A stretch of 64,000 bases of DNA, taken from NCBI GenBank assembly GCA_964510095.1, contig CAZEAE010000002.1, positions 22,639-86,638 of the forward strand. The letters are read 5' to 3'. The translations under genes were made by a program, and so were the position numbers. Shown one piece after another: positions 19,314-28,428 of this stretch (within the stretch, counting starts at the first letter, position 1; every line of letters begins with the position of its first letter). The notes under the pieces are model-generated. The model saw only the letters and a program-made list of their open reading frames with translations. It searched no databases and was not told the origin of the DNA. Source of the DNA: an uncultured Elusimicrobia bacterium (GTDB lineage: Bacteria > Elusimicrobiota > Elusimicrobia > UBA1565 > UBA9628).

Positions 19314-20254
19314 ACGGTGTCAGGCTTTCCGGTATTACCGGTATTACCGGTATTGCATGGAACAAAATCGCACCCTCGATCGTATAAGAGATATGGGGAG
19401 ACCACCAAGAATCCATTTCCCGGGCGCCATCTTCCACCTTATCTCGAGAGGCAACGACAAACAAGACATCTACCTCGATGATGAGGACCGCCGTCGATTT
19501 ATCTCGATCTTGACGATGATGAAGAAACGGCATCCTTTCCAGCTCTATGCATATTGCCTGATGACCAACCATTTTCACCTGCTGGTGGAAGTCGACCGCT
19601 GCGAGGCCAAGGTTTTTATGCACGCAATTCTGACCAGCTACTCACATTACTTCAATGGTCTTCACAATCGGGTCGGCCATCTCTTTCAGGGCCGCTATAC
19701 GTCGCTGCTTTGCCAGAGGGACTCCTACTTGATCAGGCTGATCCAATATATCCACCTCAACCCGGTCGCCGCAGGGATGGTCTCGCATGCCTCCGGTTGG
19801 CCATGGTCGGGACATCATGACTACCTCTCCGAGCGCCCGGGATTGACCGATACATCTTTCCCATTAAGCCTCTTCGGCGCGGATCGCAAGGAGAGTCTAG
19901 ATGCCTACAAGGAGCTTGTTTCGCAGCCGCGCTGCGTGCTTCCCAGCACGCAAGAAATTCAATCGTTCACGCCTGAGCTGTTCGAACCCTTAGGGATGGG
20001 TAAGTCCTTGCAGCTGGTGGCGCTGGAGACAGCTAAAGCCACGGGGATCTCCGAAGGCTTTCTAAGAAGCAACAGTCGGGCGCGATGTTTGACACCCGTA
20101 CGGCGGAGATTTCTGGAACAGGCGCTTAGGGAGGGGTATTCGGCTGCCGAAGTGGGATCGTTTCTCAACCGGTCCCCAGTAGCGATTTCGCGGTTGCTGG
20201 CTCGTCAGGCCTAATTACCGGTAATACCGGTAATACCGGAAAGCCTGACACCGG
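19314..20254 (+). mobile_element. REP-associated tyrosine transposase unit: RAYT gene bracketed by about 40-bp inverted REP arms
   Basis: Left arm acggtgtcaggctttccggtattaccggtattaccggtatt (19314-19354). Right arm is its reverse complement (20213-20254, about 39/41 identical). A further partial copy of the same REP lies at 1815-1877. Confidence 0.7.
19357..20214 (+). CDS. REP-associated tyrosine transposase (RAYT, IS200/IS605 TnpA-like HUH Y1 enzyme)
   Basis: HUH motif in CLMTNHFHLLVEV. Catalytic Tyr context GHLFQGRYTS. Size and architecture of TnpA-REP. Immediately flanked by inverted REPs. Confidence 0.85.
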   Translation: MEQNRTLDRIRDMGRPPRIHFPGAIFHLISRGNDKQDIYLDDEDRRRFISILTMMKKRHPFQLYAYCLMTNHFHLLVEVDRCEAKVFMHAILTSYSHYFNGLHNRVGHLFQGRYTSLLCQRDSYLIRLIQYIHLNPVAAGMVSHASGWPWSGHHDYLSERPGLTDTSFPLSLFGADRKESLDAYKELVSQPRCVLPSTQEIQSFTPELFEPLGMGKSLQLVALETAKATGISEGFLRSNSRARCLTPVRRRFLEQALREGYSAAEVGSFLNRSPVAISRLLARQA

Positions 20255-20276
20255 CTATTTGCTAGAATGGCGCCTA

Positions 20277-20348
20277 GGGCCCGTAGTTCAAAGGATAGAG
20301 CACGTGGCTTCGAACCACGGGATCCGGGTTCGATTCCTGGCGGGCCCA
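20277..20348 (+). tRNA. tRNA-Arg (anticodon TCG); CCA not encoded
   Basis: Cloverleaf by hand: acceptor GGGCCCG/CGGGCCC, D-arm GTTC-AAAGGATA-GAGC, anticodon stem CGTGG/CCACG with loop CTTCGAA (U33-TCG-A37), T-arm CCGGG-TTCGATT-CCTGG, discriminator A. TAGAAT -10-like hexamer 9 nt upstream. Confidence 0.85.
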
Positions 20349-20399
20349 TGTTTTTGCCGTTTTTTGGCTTAAATATTGAAATATTTCCGTAAAGGGCGG

Positions 20400-21500
20400 A
20401 TGGTACTCTTCGGGGGCATGCTCCTCTTAGCTTCCGTGGTCATGGCCGCGCCGTCCATTCAGGCTCCGGCTGACCCTGCCGCAGCTCTCGGCCGCCGCGC
20501 GCTGGCGTTCTTGGCCGGCAGGGCCGCCGACCCCGATCCCGAGGTGAGGGCCGCCGTGGCCGCTGCCTGGGGGGAGATCGGCAACCCCGCCGCCAAGCCC
20601 TTGCTCGAGAAAGCGGCGGCCGACCGCAACGACTACGTCCGCATCGAAGCCGCCGCCAGCCTCGAGCTGTTGGGGGCCCGGGGCGCGCATGTCTTGGAGG
20701 AGATCGTTTCAAAGTCCTCGGCCACGACGGGCGCGCATCTGTCCCCGGCCGAAGAGATGCGCGTGCTGGCGCATGACAAGGCCCGCGTCGCCGCCATCCG
20801 GAAATTAGCCGGCATGGGCAGCGAGCGTGTCGTGGCGCTCCTGGAGAAGACCCTCGAGGACCGTTCGCCCTCCGTGCGCGACGCCACCGCCGTGGCGCTA
20901 TGCCGGCTCGGCTTCGACGAGTTCTCGTCAAGGTTCCTCGAAGCCCTCTCCGATCCCGACGAGTCGGTCCGCTCCGCCGCCGCCAAGGCCCTTGGCGAGA
21001 TCGCCCTTCCCGCCGCCGCGGAACCCCTGATGCGCATCGCCGGAGAGGATTCCGCGGCCGTGCGCGCCGAGGTCATGCGGTCCTTGGGCGCTCTGGAGGA
21101 CGACATCGTGGTCGACACCCTGGTCAAGGGGGTCCAGGACGACAAAGCGCGCGTCCGGCTCATGGCGGCGGGGGGGCTGGCGCGCCACGCATCCTCTTCG
21201 GCCGCGATGCCCATGCTGCGCCGCCTCGCCAAGGACGAAAAGACCCCCGACCTGGCGCTCAAGGCGATGGAAGGCCTGGCCCGGCGAGGCGAGACCGTGG
21301 GGCTTTCTCTGGCGGAGCGCACGCTATCCGGCCCGGATATCGACGGCCGGATGATCGCCCTCGACGTCATCGCGGCCGTGCGCACCGACGCGGCTTTGGA
21401 ACTGCTCAAGGGCGCGATGGAGCGAGACGCCGCGCCCAGGGTGCGCGTGCAGGCCGCCGCCTTGATCGTCAAACGCCTCCAAAAAGGCGGGGCCCAATGA
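20400..21500 (+). CDS. HEAT-repeat protein with signal peptide (PBS-lyase-type HEAT repeats)
   Basis: Repeated ...DPDPEVRAAAA.ALGEIG.P.A..PL... units. ATG at 20400 gives a signal peptide (the track's TTG at 20376 is an extension). Stop overlaps the protease start (ATGA). Confidence 0.7.
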   Translation: MVLFGGMLLLASVVMAAPSIQAPADPAAALGRRALAFLAGRAADPDPEVRAAVAAAWGEIGNPAAKPLLEKAAADRNDYVRIEAAASLELLGARGAHVLEEIVSKSSATTGAHLSPAEEMRVLAHDKARVAAIRKLAGMGSERVVALLEKTLEDRSPSVRDATAVALCRLGFDEFSSRFLEALSDPDESVRSAAAKALGEIALPAAAEPLMRIAGEDSAAVRAEVMRSLGALEDDIVVDTLVKGVQDDKARVRLMAAGGLARHASSSAAMPMLRRLAKDEKTPDLALKAMEGLARRGETVGLSLAERTLSGPDIDGRMIALDVIAAVRTDAALELLKGAMERDAAPRVRVQAAALIVKRLQKGGAQ

Positions 21501-24500
21501 GGCGCGCGGCCTTCTCCCTGGCCTTCGCCGCGCTGTCCTGCCTGACGGCGGCCCCCGCCCAGGCGATCAAGGCGCCTCCCGGGGCGGCCAAGGACGCCAA
21601 GCGCTTCGCCCGCCAGCCGGCCCTTCAGGTGGGCGCGCCCGCGTCGGCGGTCCGCCGCTTCACTTCCTTCAACCAAAGGCATGGCGGGGGCTGGAAGATC
21701 CGCTTCGACGGGCGGACGGGCGTCGCCTCGGCCCTCGTCGAAGGAAGCGCCCCGGCTCCCCTCGGCCCGCCCGCGCCCGCGGCGCAATCCTTCCTCAACG
21801 AGAACTTCGACCTGCTGGGCATCGATCCCCGCACGCTCGAGGTCGAGCGGCAGAACGAGGTGGACGGGCACAAGCACGTGCTCTTCCGCCAAACATACCG
21901 CGGCCTGCCCGTCGAGTTCGCCCGCGTCAAGGTGCACTTCTCCGGACGCGGCGACGTCCTCGGCGTCAATTCCGATTACCAGCCGGGCCTCGACCTCAGC
22001 GTGACGCCCTCCGTCCCGGAGCAGGCGGCGGCAGACGTCGTGCTGCGCGACAGCGGATTGCCCGTGCTCCCTGACGGCCGGCTGGTCGTCTATCCCGCCG
22101 CGCAAGGCGCCAGGCTCGCTTGGAAGTTCACCGTGCGCGGCAAGCAGGCGCTTTGGCGCTATTACATCGACGCCCAGACCGGCGAACTGCTTTTTCGCTT
22201 CAATGACCTGCGCTTCCAGACGCCGCCCGTCTGCCTCACCTCGGGCACGATCATGGGGATGGTCTACGACGTCGACCCCAGCACGTCGCCCGGACCGGTG
22301 ATGCGCCCCTTCAACAACCAAAAGGTCTACGTGGTCGACGGCTCCACCTTCGCGGTCACCAGCGGCGCGCCCACCTACGGCCAGGGCTTCTTCTGCAGCG
22401 GCACCAAGGGGAAGATCATCACCTCGCTCCAAGGCCCGTTCGTCAACGTCGGAAATTTTCGCGGCCCCAGCGCCCATTATGACAACGGCAACGGCGTCTG
22501 GAGCACGCTGGCGACGCCGATCTCGTCCCCGCATCCGTATCCTAATAACGTCGTCCTGACCTCCACGATCAATATCGCCGCTTCGGCCCCTCTGGCGGTC
22601 AAGGTCCTGCCGGTCTTCAACAACTTCAACGTAGGGCGCTTCGACTCGAGCGTCCAGGACGGCGGCGATGTCACGGACAGCGACCAGGTGGCCGTCCTCG
22701 ACGCCAACGGGAACCCCGTCTCCTTCTATATCGGAAACCGGGGCAGCTTCAACGGCGCCGCCGTCCACGGACAGCTGCTGCGCCTTCGTCTTTCCTCCAA
22801 CGACTCGGGGACGAACTTCGGCTACGACGTCAGCCTGTCGAGCTACCTGACCGTCAGCAACCCCACCGACTACGGCGCCGATGGCTCCAGCTTGACTTGG
22901 AAGCCCGAGAACACCACCGCCGGCCTGCGCGGGGAGATCAACCTCTTCTATCACCTCAACAAGATGCACGACTACTTCGTCTCGGACGTCGATCGCTCGA
23001 GCATCGCGTCGATCAGCAACAAGCCGCTGGTGGCCATGGCCCATGCCGGCCCCGACCTGAACAACGCCTTCTATGACCCCGTCTACGACGGCCTGATGTT
23101 CGGCGACATCTCGAACCTCGTCCCGATCGACGCGCTGACCGACGACGCCACCGTGCCGCGCCACGAGTACACCCACTACGTCGTCGAGAAGATCTGGCCC
23201 ATCCAGAATTTCGGCCAGGCGGGCGCCATCTCGGAAGCCATCGCCGATTATTTCTCGGCCAGCTCCCTGGAACACAGCGCCATCGGGACGTACTACAAGC
23301 AATCCATCGGGCTGGGCGGCGCCCTCCGAGAGCTGGACTGCCAGACGCACCCTCCCTGCAAGTCGCTCAACGGGAACACCGACTGGGAGGGCGAGATCCA
23401 CGAGGACAGCATCTTCCTCAGCCAGGCGCTTTGGGACATCCGGCGCGACCGCATCACCGCGCTGGGCCCGGCCGCGGGGAGGTCTTGCGTGGACAACCTC
23501 TTCTTCCAAAGCCTGTTGTTCTTCCCGGAAAGCTTCACCGAGGTGCTCGATGCTATGAAGCGGGTCGACAGCGCCGGCATCGTGGCCGCTTGCGGCGGGG
23601 CCAACGCGACGCAATCGGTCATCAACGCTAAATTCGCCCTCCATGGCCTTCAACTCGCCAGCGGCGATGCCTTCGAAGGCTCGCGCGGCAACAACGGGTT
23701 CGAGACCGCCGTCGACATCAGCACGTACCCCTCGCTCAACGGCACCGTCTCGCCCGCCGGAGACATGGACTTCTACACCTTCGGCGCGGGAGCGGGCCCG
23801 GTGCAGATCACCCTCACCCTGCCCATCGACGGCCCTTTCCATAAGGTCTACGCGCTGACCCTTTTCGACCGCAACCATAAGCAGGTGGCCTACGCCCAGC
23901 CGCCGCTGGACGGGCAGCATACCCTCTTCGACGGCGCCGCCTGCGACCAGAGCGACTGCCTGACGACGGCCTCCAAGGTGGTCCTGACCTACAACAACCC
24001 CGCCGCCAGCCAGCTCTTCCTGCAGATAGCCGGCGGGCCGGCGGCGGGAGGGTCGAACTCCGGCGTCAACTCCTCCCTCCCCTACCTGTTGGAGACGACC
24101 TACAGCAAGGCCGCGGCGCTCTCCGGCCGCGTCGTTTCCGCGAAGTTCGACAACGACCGCATCAGCTTCGCCGTGAACGTGACGAGCCACCCTCAGATCC
24201 AAGACTACCGCTTCGCCTACGCGCAGCTGCGCGACCATTCGACGAGCATCATGGCCAATACGCTCACGCATGTCCCAGCGCAGGCCGGGGACTTCCTGAC
24301 GATGACCTCCTCGGAGAACGCCTCGGGCAGGATCACGGGCGAGGTCACCCTCGTGCCGGGCTTCGCGGCGCGCTTCCCCGCCGTGGGCACCATCCACGTG
24401 GAGGTCTTCGGCTACAACGTGGCGGGGAGCACCGTCTCGCTGGGTTTGTCCAACCCGCTGAACCTGACCACCACGAAGTCCGAGCTGAAGGCCTTCAACA

Positions 24501-24760
24501 ACATCTTCAACCCCGCCAAAGGCGATAAGACCACGGCCAAATTCGACGTCCAAAGCGGCGGCCGCGTGACGATCAAGCTCTACTCGATGAGCGGGGCCTT
24601 GATCGCGACGCTTTTCGATGGGGAGGTCGAATCCGGCAAAGGCTCGGTGGATTGGTCGGGGCGCAACCTCTCGGGCAGCGTGGTGGCTAGCGGCATCTAT
24701 CTGCTCCGCATGGAAGGCCCGGGCATCTCCAAGACGCAAAAGATCGCCATCGTCAAATGA
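21497..24760 (+). CDS. Secreted thermolysin-like zinc metalloprotease with PPC domain and T9SS-type C-terminal sorting domain
   Basis: Signal peptide MRRAAFSLAFAALSCLTAAPAQA. HEYTHYV (HExxH) plus downstream EAIADYF (ExxxD third zinc ligand) as in M4/M36 gluzincins. PPC-like segment (GDMDFYTF). Last about 90 aa (FNPAKGDKTTAKFDV...VTIKLYSMSGALIATLFDGE...SGIYLLRMEG...KTQKIAIVK) match the Por-secretion-tail/FlgD-Ig-like CTD pattern. Confidence 0.8.
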   Translation: MRRAAFSLAFAALSCLTAAPAQAIKAPPGAAKDAKRFARQPALQVGAPASAVRRFTSFNQRHGGGWKIRFDGRTGVASALVEGSAPAPLGPPAPAAQSFLNENFDLLGIDPRTLEVERQNEVDGHKHVLFRQTYRGLPVEFARVKVHFSGRGDVLGVNSDYQPGLDLSVTPSVPEQAAADVVLRDSGLPVLPDGRLVVYPAAQGARLAWKFTVRGKQALWRYYIDAQTGELLFRFNDLRFQTPPVCLTSGTIMGMVYDVDPSTSPGPVMRPFNNQKVYVVDGSTFAVTSGAPTYGQGFFCSGTKGKIITSLQGPFVNVGNFRGPSAHYDNGNGVWSTLATPISSPHPYPNNVVLTSTINIAASAPLAVKVLPVFNNFNVGRFDSSVQDGGDVTDSDQVAVLDANGNPVSFYIGNRGSFNGAAVHGQLLRLRLSSNDSGTNFGYDVSLSSYLTVSNPTDYGADGSSLTWKPENTTAGLRGEINLFYHLNKMHDYFVSDVDRSSIASISNKPLVAMAHAGPDLNNAFYDPVYDGLMFGDISNLVPIDALTDDATVPRHEYTHYVVEKIWPIQNFGQAGAISEAIADYFSASSLEHSAIGTYYKQSIGLGGALRELDCQTHPPCKSLNGNTDWEGEIHEDSIFLSQALWDIRRDRITALGPAAGRSCVDNLFFQSLLFFPESFTEVLDAMKRVDSAGIVAACGGANATQSVINAKFALHGLQLASGDAFEGSRGNNGFETAVDISTYPSLNGTVSPAGDMDFYTFGAGAGPVQITLTLPIDGPFHKVYALTLFDRNHKQVAYAQPPLDGQHTLFDGAACDQSDCLTTASKVVLTYNNPAASQLFLQIAGGPAAGGSNSGVNSSLPYLLETTYSKAAALSGRVVSAKFDNDRISFAVNVTSHPQIQDYRFAYAQLRDHSTSIMANTLTHVPAQAGDFLTMTSSENASGRITGEVTLVPGFAARFPAVGTIHVEVFGYNVAGSTVSLGLSNPLNLTTTKSELKAFNNIFNPAKGDKTTAKFDVQSGGRVTIKLYSMSGALIATLFDGEVESGKGSVDWSGRNLSGSVVASGIYLLRMEGPGISKTQKIAIVK

Positions 24761-25908
24761 GGCTCCCTTCGCTCGCCGCCTTCCTGCTTTGCCTCGCGGC
24801 GCCCGCCGCCGCGGGCGACGCCGGCGTCACCGGCGCGCCGGTCCTGCAGATGCCGATGGGAGCGCGCGCCTTGGGCATGGGGGGGGCCTTCGCCGCCGTC
24901 GGCACCGATGCTTCGGCCTTGTTCTATAATCCCGCCGGCTTGGCGCGCCTCAACGCGCACGAGGTCGGATTCTCCTTCATCAGCGGCCTCGACGACAACA
25001 ATCTCCAGCAGATCGCCTACGGCGGCCCGATCGCCTTCACCGGCATCTCCGGCAACGGCTACGCCAGCGTGGGCTCCAGCCTTTTGTTCTCGCAGAGCGG
25101 CACCCTGGAGTACAACAAGCTCAATGCCGACGGCTCCTTGAACGCGACGGAGCAGGTGAGCGCCGGCTCGGATTTCGTGGGCAGCCTGGCCTACGGCGAG
25201 CGGGTAGGCGCCACCTCCCTCGACTTGCGCGACGGCAGCTACAGCATCAACCATTTCGTCGGCGTCTCGGGAAAATTCCTGCGGTCCACGCTCGTCGAAC
25301 AGTACGCCGCCTCCACCTTCGCCGCCGACATCGGCTACCTCATCCACTCGCCCGAGGCCGGCCTGAGCGGGGCATTCTCCGTGGCCAACCTCGGCAAGGG
25401 GCTCAAGTACGTCGATGAAACGGACCCGCTCCCGTTGACCCTTCGCCTCGGGACCGCTTACCAGGGAGGGGTCCCGTCGGTGCACACCTACACCGTGGCC
25501 ATGGACGGGGATTACGTCCTCTACGACAAGCAGTGGCACGTCAACACAGGCGTCGAGTATTTTTGGCAGAAGAACTACGGCTTCCGGCTGGGGTATCAGT
25601 TCCACCGCGACAACATGGGGCTGACGATGGGCTTCGGCACGCGGTGGCGCGGCCGCGTCCTGTTCGATTATGCGCTGGTCTTCGCCGATTCGCTGAGCAA
25701 CTCCCACCGGGTCACGCTTTCCTATCGCTTCGGCGGCGTGACTCCCACCGTCAGAGGACGGGAGCGGCGACCGTTCATCGAGAGCGTGCCCGAGCGCGAG
25801 CAGCTGAGGAACCAGGAAGAGGACAAGCCCGTCATCGAGATGCCGCCCGCGCGGCCGCGGGCCGTGCCGCGAGAGCGCTCCAACGGCGTCCCCGGGTGGA
25901 TCTACTGA
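24757..25908 (+). CDS. Outer-membrane beta-barrel of the FadL/OMPP1 superfamily, PorV-like
   Basis: Signal peptide. N-terminal signature GARALGMGGAFAAVGTDASALFYNPAGLA (FadL/PorV-type hatch motif). Alternating beta-strand pattern with C-terminal aromatic. ATGA overlap with the CTD-bearing protease gene. Confidence 0.65.
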   Translation: MRLPSLAAFLLCLAAPAAAGDAGVTGAPVLQMPMGARALGMGGAFAAVGTDASALFYNPAGLARLNAHEVGFSFISGLDDNNLQQIAYGGPIAFTGISGNGYASVGSSLLFSQSGTLEYNKLNADGSLNATEQVSAGSDFVGSLAYGERVGATSLDLRDGSYSINHFVGVSGKFLRSTLVEQYAASTFAADIGYLIHSPEAGLSGAFSVANLGKGLKYVDETDPLPLTLRLGTAYQGGVPSVHTYTVAMDGDYVLYDKQWHVNTGVEYFWQKNYGFRLGYQFHRDNMGLTMGFGTRWRGRVLFDYALVFADSLSNSHRVTLSYRFGGVTPTVRGRERRPFIESVPEREQLRNQEEDKPVIEMPPARPRAVPRERSNGVPGWIY

Positions 25909-27383
25909 TGTTCGAAACAGCCGAGCTCGATGAGAAGGTGTCGAAGGCCGACTACAGGCGCCTGGAGCCTGAGCTGCGCTCGGAGCTCGTCGCCGCCCAA
26001 AAAGCCTTAGCGGCCTCGCCGCTCTCCTTGGTCGTCTTGATCGGCGGCGTCGAGGGCGCAGGCAAGACCGAGTTCGCCAACCGTCTGCTCGGCTGGCTCG
26101 ACGCGCGCGGCATCGAGGTCTACGCCGGCGAGGGTCCCACCGAGGATGAGCGCGCCCGGCCTGCGTTCTGGCGATTCTGGCGGCTCTTGCCGCCGAAGGG
26201 CAAGTGCGCGGTGCTGCTCACATCATGGTACACGACCCCGATCATCGACCGGGTCTTCAAACGCACCAAGCGCGGCCGCTTCGATCGCGAGCTGGCGCGC
26301 ATCACCGCCTTCGAAAAGATGCTCTCCAGCGAAGGGGTCGTGGTCGTCAAGCTCTGGATGCACTTGTCCGAAAAAAACCAAAAGCGCCGCTTCAAGGAGC
26401 TGGAGGCCGACCCGGACACCTCTTGGAGGGTCACCGCCCGGGACTGGCGGTTCCACGGCCGTTACGACCGCTTCCGCCAGGTCTGCGAGCAGGCCCTCAT
26501 GCAGACGAACCCCGCCAACGCGCCCTGGCACATCATCGGCGCCGCCGACCGCCGCTTCCGAGACCTCACCGGAGCGCGCCTGGTCTTGGAAGCCTTGCGC
26601 GCACGGCTTCACGGGATATCCGCCGCCAAGCCGGGTCGCGACGGGCAGCCGCGGGCCACCCACAACGGCAAGGACCTCATCGGCGCGCTCGACTTGACGC
26701 TGCGGCTGCCCGATGACGCGTACAAGGATCTCCTTGAGACCCTGCAGGGCCGCCTTGGCCGGCTGACCCGGAAACTCCGCGAAAGGGGCCGCTCGCTCAC
26801 GTTGGTCTTCGAGGGGACCGACGCGGCCGGCAAGGGCGGGGCGATAAGGCGCCTGACCGAGGCGATGGACGCGCGCCTCTACCGCGTCCAATCCGTGGCC
26901 GCGCCCACCGACGAGGAGCGGGCCCATCCCTACCTTTGGCGGTTCTGGCGCCACCTCCCGGGCGCCGGCCGCGCGACGATCTTCGATCGCTCCTGGTACG
27001 GGCGAGTGCTCGTGGAACGCGTGGAGGGCTTCGCCAGCCCTGAGGAGTGGCAGCGCGCCTACGGCGAGATCAACGCCTTCGAGGAACAGCTCGGAGAGGC
27101 GGGGAACATCGTGCTCAAGTTCTGGCTGGCGATCAGCCCTCAGGAGCAGCTCAAGCGTTTCAAGGACCGCGAAGTGACGCCTTATAAGCAATATAAGATC
27201 ACCCCGGACGACTGGCGCAACCGCAAGAAGTGGACCGCCTACAGGAAGGCGGCCTGCGAGATGATCGAACTCACGGGCCTGGAGCGCGCGCCCTGGACCC
27301 TGATCGAAGCCGAAGACAAGAATTGGGCGCGCATCAAGATCCTGGAGACGGTGGTCGCCGCGCTGCGCCGCGAGCTTCGTTGA
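25908..27383 (+). CDS. ppk2: Two-domain polyphosphate kinase 2 (PPK2, polyphosphate:AMP/nucleotide phosphotransferase type)
   Basis: 491 aa with two PPK2 repeats, each with a Walker A (GVEGAGKT / GTDAAGKGG) and lid motifs (WYTTPI / SWYGRVL). ATG overlaps the upstream stop (TGATG). Confidence 0.9.
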   Translation: MFETAELDEKVSKADYRRLEPELRSELVAAQKALAASPLSLVVLIGGVEGAGKTEFANRLLGWLDARGIEVYAGEGPTEDERARPAFWRFWRLLPPKGKCAVLLTSWYTTPIIDRVFKRTKRGRFDRELARITAFEKMLSSEGVVVVKLWMHLSEKNQKRRFKELEADPDTSWRVTARDWRFHGRYDRFRQVCEQALMQTNPANAPWHIIGAADRRFRDLTGARLVLEALRARLHGISAAKPGRDGQPRATHNGKDLIGALDLTLRLPDDAYKDLLETLQGRLGRLTRKLRERGRSLTLVFEGTDAAGKGGAIRRLTEAMDARLYRVQSVAAPTDEERAHPYLWRFWRHLPGAGRATIFDRSWYGRVLVERVEGFASPEEWQRAYGEINAFEEQLGEAGNIVLKFWLAISPQEQLKRFKDREVTPYKQYKITPDDWRNRKKWTAYRKAACEMIELTGLERAPWTLIEAEDKNWARIKILETVVAALRRELR

Positions 27384-27420
27384 GCCGGCATGACGACGGC
27401 CGGGCGCTTGGCTAGGCTCA

Positions 27421-27448
27421 TTGACAAAACGCGCCATCCGCTTATACT
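27421..27448 (+). promoter_or_regulatory. Sigma70-like promoter (TTGACA-16 nt-TATACT) positioned for a leaderless ABC-transporter transcript
   Basis: The -10 hexamer ends 6 nt before the GTG start at 27455. No SD sequence. Confidence 0.4.
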
Positions 27449-27454
27449 TTCTCC

Positions 27455-28387
27455 GTGGCCTTGATCGAGACGCACAGCCTGCGCCGGGAGTTCGGCGACA
27501 CCGTCGCGGTCGATGACGTCAAGCTGACCATTGAAAAGGGCGCGGTCTTCGCGCTGGTCGGGCCCAACGGCGCGGGCAAGACGACCCTATTAAGGATGAT
27601 CGCCGCCTTGCTCGAGCCGACCGCGGGCACCGCGCTGATCGGGGGATTCGACATCATCGAGTCGCCGCGCCTCGTGCACGGCTGCCTGGGCTACCTGCCG
27701 GATTTCTTCGGCCTCTACGACGACCTGACGGCTCGGGAGTACCTGACCTATTTCTACCTGGCCTACCGGCTGAACCCGGACCTGCTGGAGCAGCGCATCG
27801 ACTCGGTCCTCTTCCAGGTGGGCTTGAGCGACCGCCGCGAAGCGCCCATCGAGACCTTGTCGCGAGGCATGCGCCAGCGCCTGGGTCTGGCGCGCACGCT
27901 GCTGCACGAGCCGCAGCTGCTGCTGCTCGATGAGCCGGCCTCCGGGCTGGACCCCGGCGCGCGCCATGAGCTCCAGGAGCTCCTCCGTTCGCTGGCGCGC
28001 TCGGGCAAGACGATCGTCGTCTCCTCGCACATCCTCGCCGAGCTGGAGGATTACTGCTCCCATGTCGCTATCTTGAACCGCGGCCGCCTTGTCTTCTCCG
28101 GCACGGTCAAGGAGGCGCGGCTCAGCCTCGCCAAGGGAAAGCGCTATCGTCTTCGCGTGCTGGGAGACGCCGCCAAGACTCGCGACCTGGTCCTGCTGGA
28201 CCCCTCCGCCAAGGATTGGCGGCCCGACGGCGCGGAATGGTCCTTCGAGTTCTCGGGCGACGACGCCGCGGCGGCGTCGCTGCTCAAGGTCCTGGTGGAC
28301 TCGGGCGTCGGCATAAGCATGTTCTGCGAAGCCGCCGGGACTATCCAGGACAGCTATCTCGCCATGCTCGGGCGGGAGACCCATTGA
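27455..28387 (+). CDS. ABC transporter ATP-binding protein
   Basis: Walker A GPNGAGKTT, signature LSRGMRQRL, Walker B LLLLDEP, H-loop. GTG start. Confidence 0.9.
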   Translation: MALIETHSLRREFGDTVAVDDVKLTIEKGAVFALVGPNGAGKTTLLRMIAALLEPTAGTALIGGFDIIESPRLVHGCLGYLPDFFGLYDDLTAREYLTYFYLAYRLNPDLLEQRIDSVLFQVGLSDRREAPIETLSRGMRQRLGLARTLLHEPQLLLLDEPASGLDPGARHELQELLRSLARSGKTIVVSSHILAELEDYCSHVAILNRGRLVFSGTVKEARLSLAKGKRYRLRVLGDAAKTRDLVLLDPSAKDWRPDGAEWSFEFSGDDAAAASLLKVLVDSGVGISMFCEAAGTIQDSYLAMLGRETH

Positions 28388-28428
28388 ACGCCTTCACCCG
28401 GCGCTTCCCGGAGATCGAGCGCTACGCC

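Noticed and set aside
20248-20268. Full sigma70 promoter for tRNA-Arg
   Set aside because: A TAGAAT -10 is present but no -35 at proper spacing. The region is occupied by the REP arm. Left as a note within the tRNA evidence.
20633-24739. 1368-aa minus-strand ORF antisense to the HEAT and metalloprotease genes
   Set aside because: Arg/Gly/Asp-rich nonsense composition, no start context. The plus-strand genes carry clear protease, PPC and CTD motifs.
25533-27383. 616-aa ORF for PPK2
   Set aside because: The first 125 codons overlap the PorV-like gene. The real start is the ATG at 25908, which gives a canonical 2xPPK2 length.
28216-28428. 5' extension of the permease ORF overlapping the ABC ATPase gene
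   Set aside because: Overlaps the conserved C-terminus of the ATPase. Hydrophobic permease sequence begins only after about 28429.
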